Below are positions 54,418 through 64,000 of a stretch of 64,000 bases of DNA, piece by piece. Under the pieces are notes generated by a model that was not told the DNA's origin, did not search any database, and saw only the letters and a program-made list of their open reading frames with translations. Origin of the DNA: a virus. The number at the start of each line of letters is the position of its first letter. Positions within the stretch are counted from its first letter, which is position 1. The stretch covers positions 1-64,000 of IMG/VR virus record IMGVR_UViG_3300042090_000199, one strand, 5' to 3'. The translations under genes were made by a program, and so were the position numbers.

Positions 54418-54745
54418 GCGACATTCCTTCCAGTATTGTCTGTATATGTTCTACTTTCTCAAGCAGTTGACCTATGACTTGTCGACCTGTCGCTAGGTCC
54501 TTCAGCATAGAGACCTGTCCTCGAAGATCCGCTATCTCCGCAGCCTGTCCCTTATTCTGTTCCTGTAGTTCCTTAATCTGATCCGCATACGCAGCTGCTC
54601 GCTCCTGCCAAGCATTTGCCGTACCTTGATAGACCTGGATCAGTTGAGTATTCCGAGACGTCTTGAACGCAAAGTATGCTCCCGCAGCGGTTGCGAAAGC
54701 AAGAGCAGCCCCTAGAACCGCCGTGAGCACATAGACCGAGTTCAC
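54389..54745 (-). CDS. Membrane-anchored coiled-coil protein
   Basis: N-terminal TM plus heptads; TAGTG coupling. Confidence 0.75.
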   Translation of the reverse strand: MNSVYVLTAVLGAALAFATAAGAYFAFKTSRNTQLIQVYQGTANAWQERAAAYADQIKELQEQNKGQAAEIADLRGQVSMLKDLATGRQVIGQLLEKVEHIQTILEGMSHAGRTDRAS

Positions 54746-55119
54746 TAAGCCGCCTCAGTAGTAGTTACGCGCTTCAGAGTAACTAGAATGTCAGGCGTCG
54801 CCCCTGCATTTCCAAGCACAGTCACTGCATACACCTGATAGATAAGACCTGTATACTGATCAAGCACTTGATCAGTATTTCTGATATCGGTCCCCGAAGG
54901 AAGAGTACAGGCAGCTAGACGCGTCGTGCTAGGCTCAGGCATAGCAGGCTCGAAGACCTGCTGACCTAGAACGATAGGACGCAGAGGGCTCATAGTCGGA
55001 TAACTAAGGAACGCTATGATGTTCGTGTATACAGCTACAGGCGTATCGATCGTGTCGCCGAAACTGTCTGTTGACGTTCCTCTCAGGATCGTCACCAGTG
55101 TGTTAGCGATTGCATACAT
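54745..55119 (-). CDS. Head-to-tail stopper-like protein
   Basis: ILRGTSTDSFGD, TDIRNTDQV; synteny. Confidence 0.7.
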   Translation of the reverse strand: MYAIANTLVTILRGTSTDSFGDTIDTPVAVYTNIIAFLSYPTMSPLRPIVLGQQVFEPAMPEPSTTRLAACTLPSGTDIRNTDQVLDQYTGLIYQVYAVTVLGNAGATPDILVTLKRVTTTEAA

Positions 55120-55127
55120 CGCTTCTC

Positions 55128-55649
55128 CTAGTAGTCCGGACCTGAGGGAGCACCGCCGTAACCACCTATCGGGCTCCACGGGAAGATGTACTCACCGAAG
55201 TTCACACTGTTCGCAGCATACAGGTCTTCGAAGGGCGACCTGACGTGCAGCGCACGACTACGTAGCCATGAGACCCTAGACAGAGCCTTTCTAACTAGGG
55301 GCCCGACCATGAGAGCATTGTCGTTGTTCAACTTGATTGGTGCACGCATCGTCTGGATAGAATCCAGCTCGAGGCGTGTGAAGAGGTCGGGCTGCTGCTG
55401 CATCCACAGCGTCTGGTATACAACAGCCAACGTCAAGTAGTAATAGTCAGTTGCGCCGACATTTTCGAACCAGTTGTACGTGATCGCTTCCTGAGAACTC
55501 GGATCGGTCCAGGTGAATACATAAGGCCGTCCGGTAAACAGATCGACAATCGATCCTGCATACTGAACCTGGGATAGTGTAACCGTCTGGCCTGTAATGT
55601 TCAGAACATCTGAAGGCATAGCCCAGGTGTTCGAAGCGTTAGCTGCCAT
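55128..55649 (-). CDS. Head-to-tail adaptor-like protein
   Basis: WAMPSDVLNITG, LAVVYQ; synteny. Confidence 0.65.
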   Translation of the reverse strand: MAANASNTWAMPSDVLNITGQTVTLSQVQYAGSIVDLFTGRPYVFTWTDPSSQEAITYNWFENVGATDYYYLTLAVVYQTLWMQQQPDLFTRLELDSIQTMRAPIKLNNDNALMVGPLVRKALSRVSWLRSRALHVRSPFEDLYAANSVNFGEYIFPWSPIGGYGGAPSGPDY

Positions 55650-57537
55650 CTTGGTCATCATCCTCTCTAAGCTTCTGGCGCTCCTGGGCAGCCAAGCGAG
55701 CTCCCTTTATTTGCCTACGTCTAGCTGTGCGAGCCTGCTTAGCACGAGCCCAACTTGCCATAGGAATTTGCTTCTCCCTAACTAGTTGGGCTTCCAGTTG
55801 CAAGATAGGTCTAGGAACCTCCAAGACCAAGTCTCCTCGTGACTCGCATCCGAACATCTCATAGCGCGTCAATGGCAGCATCATGCTGCCACAATTCAGG
55901 AACAGAATCAGCAACACGCCGTTATGCACCACTACACCATTGAGATTCGTGGACACAGTCGGCAGATTCAGCTGCAGGGATCCCGTTTCGCGCCCAACAC
56001 GCCCCACGATGTTAGTCACTACCGTCGGGATCGTCAGCGCTAGCGCTCCCGACTCCGTTAGCTGAACGACTCCTAGCCAGTTATAGATCAAAGGCGCTGG
56101 CAAGACAATATTCAGCTGCCCATGGTAAACCTTGCCCTGCAAGTTTAGGACCGGAGGCGGCAGGTAGATATTCAGCAAACCAGATTCGAGTATACTACGA
56201 CACCCAGGAGGCAAGATGATAATTAGCGCACCTGAGTGCGTCGGGATAATTACATTGCCTGCCAGTGGCATCAGCGGCAGTGGCAACACAATTGACAATG
56301 CGCCGTAGTGAGTTACAACACCCGACAAACTCACGCTTGGAGGCGGCAAGGTCCAAGCAATGAAATTGGTCGGCGTCTTCGCTGTCTGAACGACCTGCTG
56401 CCGTCGATAATGGAAGCGCCGATAAGCTGCACCGCCAGGCTGCTGTACCGGCGAAGGTATCGTGACCAATCCAGACAATGATGTCTGGACTGTAGGTACC
56501 GTAATCGCCAGCGCGCCTGCATGACCGTCGGTTCCAGTCAATGCCGGAACGAGCGTCGGCAATAGGATCGCGAGCGAGCCTGTATGAACCGGAGCACCTG
56601 TTAGCGTCACTACAGGCTTTGGCAAGGTGATAGCCAGGGAGCCCTGGTGCGCGACCTTACCAGATATCGCTGTGACTAGTGTTGGCACCGTAACGGCAAG
56701 CGAGCCCTTATGGACAACTACACCTGTTAGGCTCGTAGTCAGCGTCGGGACTACAATCGTTAGCGATCCAGACTCACAAACCGGATTCGTAACCTGACGC
56801 TGTATTCTGTAACGGCGCCGACGATACTTCGGGCCTCCAAGCTGCTGAGGCTGCGGCGGAGGCGCGAGAGCGGCAGTAGCAAAGAACGTTGCAACGATAG
56901 CAGCATAGTCGGATGACGCAGCGAACGACCCCGAGTATGTGAATGAGCTTATTGAAGAGACAACCTGATACCCGACCAACAGACCAAAGTGCGCGCTGGC
57001 ACTAGTTTCCTGCGTCAGGTTAGTCCAGGGCGAAGTCGGCCCAGTAATCGAGCCGATACCGGACGCATTAAAACCAAGAACGCATCCGATTACTACTTCG
57101 TTCGACTGAGTAGTCGTACCTGACGCCAAAGAAGACCAAGACGAGCTGGCAGTGCCTGGCTGTCCATTCGTCTTATCGACCGGACTAGAAGGAACTATTC
57201 CAGACCATTCCATAACTATGACATCGGCCGAGCCGCTATCAGTTGTAGGAGTGATCGCTATCGAGAGGGCAGTCTGTCCGCCAGCACAGCCTGGGTCCGC
57301 CCACATGAACCCTGTGTTGCTAGCAGATGTTGGATTTCCTACAGGAGCGATAACTTGAGCAAAGTTGCCAGCCGCTCCGCCCAGGGTAATACCGCTGATC
57401 GTTGGGTTGCCTGGACTCGCGCTAGTGCCGAAACAGACAATCAAGCAGTTGCCTGGTCCTGTCGGCGCCAAGGTTACGCCGATCGGCCCGGTAAGCGTCG
57501 CTGTGGTGGCTGGAACGGCTTGGATGAGTGACGCCAT
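55639..57537 (-). CDS. Large repetitive virion (head fibre/decoration-like) protein
   Basis: ~20-aa GxLxIxLP repeats; beta-rich N-terminal domain. Confidence 0.65.
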   Translation of the reverse strand: MASLIQAVPATTATLTGPIGVTLAPTGPGNCLIVCFGTSASPGNPTISGITLGGAAGNFAQVIAPVGNPTSASNTGFMWADPGCAGGQTALSIAITPTTDSGSADVIVMEWSGIVPSSPVDKTNGQPGTASSSWSSLASGTTTQSNEVVIGCVLGFNASGIGSITGPTSPWTNLTQETSASAHFGLLVGYQVVSSISSFTYSGSFAASSDYAAIVATFFATAALAPPPQPQQLGGPKYRRRRYRIQRQVTNPVCESGSLTIVVPTLTTSLTGVVVHKGSLAVTVPTLVTAISGKVAHQGSLAITLPKPVVTLTGAPVHTGSLAILLPTLVPALTGTDGHAGALAITVPTVQTSLSGLVTIPSPVQQPGGAAYRRFHYRRQQVVQTAKTPTNFIAWTLPPPSVSLSGVVTHYGALSIVLPLPLMPLAGNVIIPTHSGALIIILPPGCRSILESGLLNIYLPPPVLNLQGKVYHGQLNIVLPAPLIYNWLGVVQLTESGALALTIPTVVTNIVGRVGRETGSLQLNLPTVSTNLNGVVVHNGVLLILFLNCGSMMLPLTRYEMFGCESRGDLVLEVPRPILQLEAQLVREKQIPMASWARAKQARTARRRQIKGARLAAQERQKLREDDDQDGS

Positions 57538-57577
57538 CAGCTCACCTCACCTCGCTAGTAGGCGCGCGCCTCCGGAG

Positions 57578-58159
57578 CTAGTTCTCGCCATACACCTTGA
57601 ACTGCTGCAGCGTCGTTGTGTTGCTCGCAGACGATGCCGACCAGGTCCCGAAGAGTTCTAGCCAGAACGGGATCTCATTGTTCAGACCTGTCAGGTTGTT
57701 CGCGAACTGTGCGGTCTGCATGCCAGTGCCCCATGCGCCAGAGGACGCTACGTTGTTCACCCTCGCAGTGCCATTGAACTGCAGCGTAGTCCCAAGGTTA
57801 CCAACAGCCTGACACGTAATGTCGCCGACTAGGTCCCACGTTGCAGTGACAGAAGCCGTAGGTGTCAGCGCGGCTGACGTGAATAGCGTCGCGCCGCCCG
57901 AGCCTGCGATCGTTCCTGCTGCAGCATCGAGACCAGCCGCGAAAATGAACGTTGCCGCACCAGTATTCGCGATCGTGCCTGCCGCCCAAAAGTGGATCGA
58001 CTTGCCAACCGCACTGAAGTACAGTGCCGGAATTAGGCATCGCGGGACTGAGCTAGACGCGATCGCCGAAATAGGCGCCTGCGTCGTGTAGGTGTTCTTG
58101 GTGACCGCAGTCGTTAGCTCGTAGTACAGCTCACCTTGCGTCAGTGTGTAACCAGACAT
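57578..58159 (-). CDS. Putative virion structural protein
   Basis: RBS GGAGG; Ala/Thr/Gly-rich. Confidence 0.75.
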   Translation of the reverse strand: MSGYTLTQGELYYELTTAVTKNTYTTQAPISAIASSSVPRCLIPALYFSAVGKSIHFWAAGTIANTGAATFIFAAGLDAAAGTIAGSGGATLFTSAALTPTASVTATWDLVGDITCQAVGNLGTTLQFNGTARVNNVASSGAWGTGMQTAQFANNLTGLNNEIPFWLELFGTWSASSASNTTTLQQFKVYGEN

Positions 58160-58171
58160 GTAACCTCCCTA

Positions 58172-58588
58172 CTACGTAGTCGTCCAGGCGATCGTCGGCG
58201 TACCAGTAATCGCCACGTTGTCGCCGGAGGTGATACCTGTAGACGACAAGTTGAAGTCTGCGCCTGACGTACCGACGGTTCCCTGCAGAAGCGCTGTACT
58301 GCCGGAGTTTAGGACACGAAAGAACGTTGCCGTGCCGGTAGCACTGGCAGTTACTGTGGTCGTCGGGATGTCTAGCGTCTCGACACCACCTGACGGCGCC
58401 GCCCAAGAGGTAGCAGCTGCGAAGGCCCACGTCGCCAGTACAGTGTTACCCGACAAGGCTTCGTTCGGGCCTGTCGGCGGGGTGCCGCTATAGACCACGA
58501 TCGATCCGCCGCCGAACTGGTCAGCAAGCGACGTGCCGCTATGCTGAAGCAGGGCGTTCGCGAACGCGTTCGAGAGGAGAATCGTCAC
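58172..58588 (-). CDS. Putative virion structural protein
   Basis: IVVYSGTPP..ATGTATFFR..QGTVGTSGAD. Confidence 0.75.
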   Translation of the reverse strand: MTILLSNAFANALLQHSGTSLADQFGGGSIVVYSGTPPTGPNEALSGNTVLATWAFAAATSWAAPSGGVETLDIPTTTVTASATGTATFFRVLNSGSTALLQGTVGTSGADFNLSSTGITSGDNVAITGTPTIAWTTT

Positions 58589-58596
58589 GATAGCTC

Positions 58597-58929
58597 CTAG
58601 GCGTAACGAACCGCAACGCGGAAGCTATTATCGTCCTTGTTGTAGGGAAGTACGTCACCATCGACGACGTAACCAGCCCTACGAACTCGGTCCTCGACGT
58701 GGTGACGTACAGCCTCGATGCTAGGCTCTATCTCACCTGGGGAAGGATACTCGAACACCGCCCAGCCACCGCCTTGATGACTAGCCCCATCTGGGTTGTA
58801 CTGATCGACGACGAGGTCCTTAGGGGGACGAGGCCTAGCAGTCCTCTTCGGGTTATCCTTGCCACCCTTGGGGTAGGAGTCGCCCTTGCCGACAGCACTC
58901 GCCGACAGTTCCTCTTCGTTCTCGGCCAT
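58597..58929 (-). CDS. Hypothetical protein
   Basis: RBS AGGAG. Confidence 0.75.
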   Translation of the reverse strand: MAENEEELSASAVGKGDSYPKGGKDNPKRTARPRPPKDLVVDQYNPDGASHQGGGWAVFEYPSPGEIEPSIEAVRHHVEDRVRRAGYVVDGDVLPYNKDDNSFRVAVRYA

Positions 58930-58946
58930 TGAAGGTCTCCTCTCTA

Positions 58947-58986
58947 GGCGGGGACGGACGGTCTTCCATACCGCCCGTCCCCCGCC
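58947..58986 (-). terminator. GC-rich hairpin after the major capsid gene
   Basis: GGCGGGGACGG...CCGTCCCCCGCC inverted repeat. Confidence 0.65.
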
Positions 58987-58989
58987 GAA

Positions 58990-60027
58990 CTAGTTGCAGG
59001 CCTCGAACGCGGCGAACGCGTACTCGACACCCATCGAGAACGCACGCCTCATGCGACCACGCAGGATGGTCGTGTCTGTACCGCTGTACATGGGCGGCAC
59101 GATCTGGAACTCAGGCGTGGCCTGTGGGTTGTTCGGGTTCGTGGTTCTCTTACCCGCGAGCAGGTACAGGCGGTTGCAGAAGATGAGAAGACGGTTACCC
59201 GCCGTACCAGCCGCCGCGGAGCCTGTCGAGCCTGAGTAGTTCGGCACCGCGAACGTCGAAGCAGGAGCGGTCGTGACCGTCGCACCCAGACTCCAGAACA
59301 CCGGGATGCGGAAGATCAGGTCCGGAGTCGGACCCTGGCCGCCGCCGGGGAACCCGCCAGACGACTCCTGGAAGATCGGTCGGCTCTGCCCGTCCACGAT
59401 ACCTCGCAGCTGCTGCCGGAAGTACGGGTGGGCAATGCAGATCATGTCCTCCTCGTTGAAGTAGTCACCCTGTTCGACCTGTCCTAGCGTCGTCGAGAGC
59501 TGTGCGTACGTGACCGCTCCGTGCGACAGCGCTGCACCCGAAGTCAGGTTCGCACCACCGGTGTACCCGTCAGACGCATTGGTGTGACCCAAGCCGTAGT
59601 AGACCGACGTGGTCTGCGCGTTCGTAGCACCCGGCGCCGCGTTGACTCCGAGAGCCGCGTTGTCATAGACCTTGGCGAGAGCCGTACCGATCGCGTTGGA
59701 CTTGGAGTTGATGATGTCAGCGAGGGAGTCCATGATGTCTTCCTCGGCGATGTCAACTTCCGTACCCCACTTGCCGGCGGTCAGAAGCACCGCGTCTTCA
59801 GCGTCGTCGTTGGTACCGAAGCCCTGCGAACCGCCGCCGACCGCGTACGTGCTGCCCTTAGTCACAAGGCCAGCCTGGACACCCTGGTCACGCGACACGT
59901 AGCGTGAATTGGACGTCATCATGATCTGCTGACCGAACGACTCAACAGCGCTGTGCTGGGTGACCCTCTGGATCACCTGGGCCCCGTATTCAACCGGGAT
60001 CCAGTTGGTAAACGTGGACTGAGCCAC
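58990..60027 (-). CDS. Major capsid protein
   Basis: WIPVEY, LAKVYDNAALG, LRGIVDGQSRPIF; strong codon bias; synteny. Confidence 0.9.
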   Translation of the reverse strand: MAQSTFTNWIPVEYGAQVIQRVTQHSAVESFGQQIMMTSNSRYVSRDQGVQAGLVTKGSTYAVGGGSQGFGTNDDAEDAVLLTAGKWGTEVDIAEEDIMDSLADIINSKSNAIGTALAKVYDNAALGVNAAPGATNAQTTSVYYGLGHTNASDGYTGGANLTSGAALSHGAVTYAQLSTTLGQVEQGDYFNEEDMICIAHPYFRQQLRGIVDGQSRPIFQESSGGFPGGGQGPTPDLIFRIPVFWSLGATVTTAPASTFAVPNYSGSTGSAAAGTAGNRLLIFCNRLYLLAGKRTTNPNNPQATPEFQIVPPMYSGTDTTILRGRMRRAFSMGVEYAFAAFEACN

Positions 60028-60074
60028 GCTTCACCTCCTTTATCAAAGTCGTCACACAGCGGTGGCCGACTTAC

Positions 60075-60815
60075 CTATCTGCGTACTACGCCCTGGCCTA
60101 TGGGCTCAGCCCCCATGACCTGGTCTGCAAGAAGCTGGGCGAAGCCCTTTGGCTCCTGGCGATCCTGCTTGTCCTTCGTCCGCCCGTTACCGGCGCCGCC
60201 GTTCACGTTCGGTGCTCTAGTTCCGCTACCGTTCGCAGGCGCGAACAGATTCGGGAATTCAGTCTTGAGCTCGTCGACCTGGTCGTCGAGACCGATAACC
60301 TCGCCCTCAGCGTCCAGGTCGATCTTGTCGAGATCCAACAGTCTTACGAGCCTAGGAGTATTCGTGCCCTGGACTCCGGCCGCTTCCAGCTTCGCAGCTA
60401 CGAGAGCCTTTACTAGAGGCTCTCGAGTATTGGTTCTGCCTTCTTCGATACCCTGTTCCTTGGCGTCGAGTAGCGCACGCTCTTCTGCCGACGCGTGTTG
60501 GCGCTGAAGCGCCTTAAGATCGGCTGTAGCCTTGCGTGCATCCTGCCTAGCAGCCTGCAACGCCTTCCTCAGACCCGCTGTCGGATCGTCAGGGTCCTGC
60601 TTGGACTGACTCTGCTGCGTGCGGGGCTTAGGCTTCCTGCCCTGGCCCTGCTGAGTGTCGTCCTGGACATCGTCCTGCTGGTCCTGACTATCCGCGCTGT
60701 CGTCCGTAGCGTCGTCGGTTGCGTCGTCAGTAACATCGTCACCAGAAGTATCGTCGGTAACGTCGTCGTCTGTGACATCGTCGTTAACGTCGTCGTTCTG
60801 CGGCCTACCAGGCAT
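60075..60815 (-). CDS. Capsid scaffolding protein
   Basis: Acidic DD repeats, coiled coil, LKTEFPNLF; between portal and capsid. Confidence 0.85.
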   Translation of the reverse strand: MPGRPQNDDVNDDVTDDDVTDDTSGDDVTDDATDDATDDSADSQDQQDDVQDDTQQGQGRKPKPRTQQSQSKQDPDDPTAGLRKALQAARQDARKATADLKALQRQHASAEERALLDAKEQGIEEGRTNTREPLVKALVAAKLEAAGVQGTNTPRLVRLLDLDKIDLDAEGEVIGLDDQVDELKTEFPNLFAPANGSGTRAPNVNGGAGNGRTKDKQDRQEPKGFAQLLADQVMGAEPIGQGVVRR

Positions 60816-60836
60816 CTCGCCCTCCTATTGGAAGCA

Positions 60837-62363
60837 TCACACTTCCTCGCTAGTTCCCGGCTCACCGGTATCAGACTCCGTAGAGAAGCCCTGACCGGTA
60901 TTAGCCGTCCTAAACTCGATCGTGACTCCCCACGTGTCGAGCTGCTCAGGTGTGTATCCCTGCTCCTCCAAGAGTTGCCGCGGAGGCACCCCGAGCTGTT
61001 CCTTTATTGCCTGTCCCTGCAAGGTATTCAGGTCGTTGACAGTAGCTGCCGGAACCCAGTGGATAGTTACATCCGCAGGAATCGCTTGGCCACGAATCTT
61101 CAACACGAACCTGAAAATGTCTCGCCAAGTCGCACCAAACGACATCTGACGATTGCGCACCTTCTTCGCGAAAGGCGCTTCTAGTACCCTGAGGGACTCT
61201 CCCGACACATTTGACACGATTGGATCGAGGAAATGCATCGGAGTCTGTGAGATAACCGCCATCGCATGCACGTACTGCATGAACGGGTTAAGAAATGCCG
61301 TTGGGTCGCCTACAGGGAACTGTCCATAAGACGTGATGCCCTTCATGAACCAGACCGAAGCAGGATCAGCCGTTAGTTGCGACTTCGGGTCCATGCCCTG
61401 ATCAAGCGTAGCGCCTGAGTCGATCGAGAACGCGAACTCGCCCTCGTCTCCCATAGCCGCTTCGGACGTGTCGTACGCGGGGTCCATGATCGCGTATCGC
61501 TGCGGAAACGCATTGTAGTCGACCGAGGCCATGTGGCTGACGACTAGCTTGTGGATCGCATCCTGCGGCCCATAAGCATTGACATGCTCTGGTACTCCGT
61601 AAGGGTACTCATTACGGAAGTGGAAAACAGGAACTTCGCCGAATGGGTTGACAACAGGCCACTCACCGTTGTCGCTGCTGTCTAGACGCTTCTCCCACTT
61701 AGGCTTTTCACCTGACTGTGGCAGAGGCGCCAGCATGTACTTCTCAACGCGATCCGGGTAGTACAGGTTAGCAAACGTAAAACCACTGTTCGGGTCCTGC
61801 CACCGCTTGATCGCATAACGCTTACGGTTCTCGTTCTCGTCGTCGTAGAACACCCGCATGACACGAGGCGACTGATAAAAGATGTCTACCGATAGCTGGT
61901 TGCCTTCGGAATCCGTCTGACTATCAACATTCGGCCAGACGAACATATAAGCGTCACCGAGCTTGCAGGCCTTCTTCATCACGTCTGGTGCGTGGAGGTC
62001 TAGCTGGTTGTCCTTCCAAGCCTGCCGAATAATGCCAACAGCAGCTTCGTCATCGGAAAAGATCGATGCTACTTCGAGACGTTCAGCAACAGCATCTACA
62101 GGCAGCTTAGCGAAGTTGAAGTTGAACACAACACCGGTCGCACCCATCGCAATGCGCAGGCGTAGCGAGGCGAAGAACTCTGGCATAGACCCGTTGTAGT
62201 ACTGGATAGCCTTCACGAAGTCTGGCTGGGCTTCGTCAAGACTCAAGATCCCGTTGCGTAGATCGGCACCCGGGTCATCGTAAGGCTCAGGAGCCGGACG
62301 AGGTATCGCCATGCCGAGGAACGTATTGCCTGGCATCATCTGACCATGCATGATATCAGTCAT
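60837..62363 (-). CDS. Portal protein (SPP1-like)
   Basis: YYNG, NFAKLPVD, NPFGEVPVFHF, AFPQRY, SGESLR. Confidence 0.9.
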   Translation of the reverse strand: MTDIMHGQMMPGNTFLGMAIPRPAPEPYDDPGADLRNGILSLDEAQPDFVKAIQYYNGSMPEFFASLRLRIAMGATGVVFNFNFAKLPVDAVAERLEVASIFSDDEAAVGIIRQAWKDNQLDLHAPDVMKKACKLGDAYMFVWPNVDSQTDSEGNQLSVDIFYQSPRVMRVFYDDENENRKRYAIKRWQDPNSGFTFANLYYPDRVEKYMLAPLPQSGEKPKWEKRLDSSDNGEWPVVNPFGEVPVFHFRNEYPYGVPEHVNAYGPQDAIHKLVVSHMASVDYNAFPQRYAIMDPAYDTSEAAMGDEGEFAFSIDSGATLDQGMDPKSQLTADPASVWFMKGITSYGQFPVGDPTAFLNPFMQYVHAMAVISQTPMHFLDPIVSNVSGESLRVLEAPFAKKVRNRQMSFGATWRDIFRFVLKIRGQAIPADVTIHWVPAATVNDLNTLQGQAIKEQLGVPPRQLLEEQGYTPEQLDTWGVTIEFRTANTGQGFSTESDTGEPGTSEEV

Positions 62364-62382
62364 CGCTGTTCACCTCCGCACA

Positions 62383-62775
62383 TCAGTAAACCGCCGGCAA
62401 TTGAAATAGTGCTACAACTAGTCCAGTATTCGAGCTAAAGTCAATCTGGATCGTCTTCGTGCCCGACTGCTGTACAATTGAATGAAACGCAGCGATGACG
62501 CCAATTGCGCTCGTCGGCAGGACAATCGGATACGTTGTGGGGCTCAGGCCGGGCAAACCTTGCATACCAACCTGTACAGTCGCAGTACAAGCAGTTGCGC
62601 CAAGGCTAACTCCGAACTGGATCAGACCCGCAACGTTATTGAACTGCACTCCGTTACCCGCGCCTGCGCTCGGCACTACCGCATTAGGGTTACCGCCGGT
62701 AGTCAGCAACGTAGTCAGGTTCGAGATCGCATTGTCTCCGGACAGGAGCGTCGGTGTCAGCGTCACCCTAGTCAT
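62383..62775 (-). CDS. Putative virion protein, paralogue of 50318..50701
   Basis: 8-nt overlap with TerL stop; shared motifs. Confidence 0.7.
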   Translation of the reverse strand: MTRVTLTPTLLSGDNAISNLTTLLTTGGNPNAVVPSAGAGNGVQFNNVAGLIQFGVSLGATACTATVQVGMQGLPGLSPTTYPIVLPTSAIGVIAAFHSIVQQSGTKTIQIDFSSNTGLVVALFQLPAVY

Positions 62776-64000
62776 CGCTGCTCACCCCTACAGGTGTCCT
62801 ACGGCCGTAGCTGTAAGTTCCGCCTTTAAGGATCTTAGGAACAGTTATGAAGTGCCTAACGCCTATCTCGACAGCGTCCAGGATGTCCTTGTCTTCGCTA
62901 CCGTCATAAGAACACTGATTCTGTTCCAGCCTAGGCAGCCGCATCGAGTGAGTTACTCGACCACGCTGATACAGATTCAGAAGTCGTACCTGACGGACAG
63001 ACTTCTTGAGACCGCTCCAGGAAAGCTTCATCCTGACAGGCATGTGGTGAAACACCATAGTCCAGGTGTCACCACCCTGGTTCGACTCTACGACAACTTC
63101 GCCGATTTCAGGCCACTGCTCGAGATACCACATGACAGTGTCACGCAGCTGCTTCGGAGGTAGCTTCACGATAGTTGCGAACTTGACTACAACCTTTGGC
63201 TGCAGCATGTTGCCTTGAAGGCTGGGCGGGAGAGGAAAGTCATCAAGAGACAATCCAGCTCTAGGGTGCCAGAGGCCTATAATCGCGATACCAGTATCGT
63301 GAGAGTTCTCGTGCGACGTAACCGCAGGGTCAATCGCCAGCGCTGTTCGAACACAAGGCAAGTCGGCGTAAACGTAGTCGTCTTCAGACCAGTATGTACC
63401 GTTCGCCGAGACAGGCTGGTTCTTGAACTCCTTCTTGTACTCACGCGTGTGCTCATGCTTCTTGAGGTACTCCAACGACCACTTGCCGGGCCAACAAGAG
63501 CGCTCAGTACCGTCGTCGTTCAGGAGAATAGGTTCGTAGTAATGAACCTGAATGTTCTGATCATCGATCCAGGGATCTTCGACCGTTTCAGGGTGCAGCT
63601 CCGATTCAACCATCTGGTGCATGATCGATCCAGGAGCTGTTACAGTCCCGACGATAATGACGCGTGCGAATTCGTTCAGGTGAAAAACAGTCTCAAGCAT
63701 CCACCTAAGGCGCTGACGCATTAGCGTCGGGCTGTACTTTTCCTCACCAGGTTCGATGTCATCGAGCACGATCAGGTCAGGGCGCTGCTTACCAACCTTC
63801 AGACCTCGTGCAGCCGTGCCAGATCCCTTAGCCATCATGACGAAGCCGTTACGCTGCTCGATCATGTCAACTCGGCTCGCGACTAGCTTCTTACCGACTG
63901 GCCCACCCTGACGACGCACCTTAGGTTCACACAGGTCTGGGAAGTCCTGAATAAGAAGGTCGTTCATGTCGAACTCGCCACGAATCGTAGCAAGGTGGTT
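62768..64000 (-). CDS. terL: Terminase large subunit (5'-truncated by the window edge)
   Basis: ARG..RPDLIVLDDIE, IVGT, AIDPA, VESNQGG, DILDA; frame open to the window end. Confidence 0.9.
   Translation of the reverse strand, partial: NHLATIRGEFDMNDLLIQDFPDLCEPKVRRQGGPVGKKLVASRVDMIEQRNGFVMMAKGSGTAARGLKVGKQRPDLIVLDDIEPGEEKYSPTLMRQRLRWMLETVFHLNEFARVIIVGTVTAPGSIMHQMVESELHPETVEDPWIDDQNIQVHYYEPILLNDDGTERSCWPGKWSLEYLKKHEHTREYKKEFKNQPVSANGTYWSEDDYVYADLPCVRTALAIDPAVTSHENSHDTGIAIIGLWHPRAGLSLDDFPLPPSLQGNMLQPKVVVKFATIVKLPPKQLRDTVMWYLEQWPEIGEVVVESNQGGDTWTMVFHHMPVRMKLSWSGLKKSVRQVRLLNLYQRGRVTHSMRLPRLEQNQCSYDGSEDKDILDAVEIGVRHFITVPKILKGGTYSYGRRTPVGVSSDD

Noticed and set aside
1-64000. Stop-to-sense recoding (TAG or TGA)
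   Set aside because: Long conserved genes are intact under code 11, and TAA, TAG and TGA all end genes at coupled junctions.
1-64000. Integrase, repressor or att site
   Set aside because: No recombinase motifs recognised in this window; the rest of the genome is unseen.

Overview
A 64 kb piece of a tailed dsDNA siphovirus-type phage genome, most likely infecting an actinobacterium (inferred from gene content, RBS style and GC, roughly 55-58% by eye). It has two converging arms. The + arm (1-37.8 kb) starts with many small early genes separated by conserved RNA hairpins. It then carries DNA-metabolism genes: a DUF3631-like P-loop protein, SNF2 helicase, Cas4/RecB-like nuclease, Sak4-like ATPase, SSB-like protein, and a UDG-PolA fusion with an intein. 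A dispersed 7-deazaguanine DNA-modification pathway (queE, queC, queD, folE, dpdA-like) is also on this arm. The - arm (64 kb back to 37.9 kb) holds truncated TerL, portal, scaffold, capsid, head-tail, tail and lysis genes. No integrase or repressor was recognised. Three things stand out. (1) In a manual scan, in-frame TTA codons were absent from gene bodies and occurred only six times, always at apparent gene ends and three times as TTATG overlapping the next start, so TTA may act as a fourth stop codon. (2) A tandem array of covarying GTCCTG...CAGGAC hairpins with fixed 6-nt linkers and CCA-like 3' ends lies at 16479-16748, with two more units at 14840-14955. (3) An adjacent ~730-nt highly paired noncoding region contains a non-canonical tRNA-like cloverleaf. 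All calls come from reading the sequence; no searches were run.
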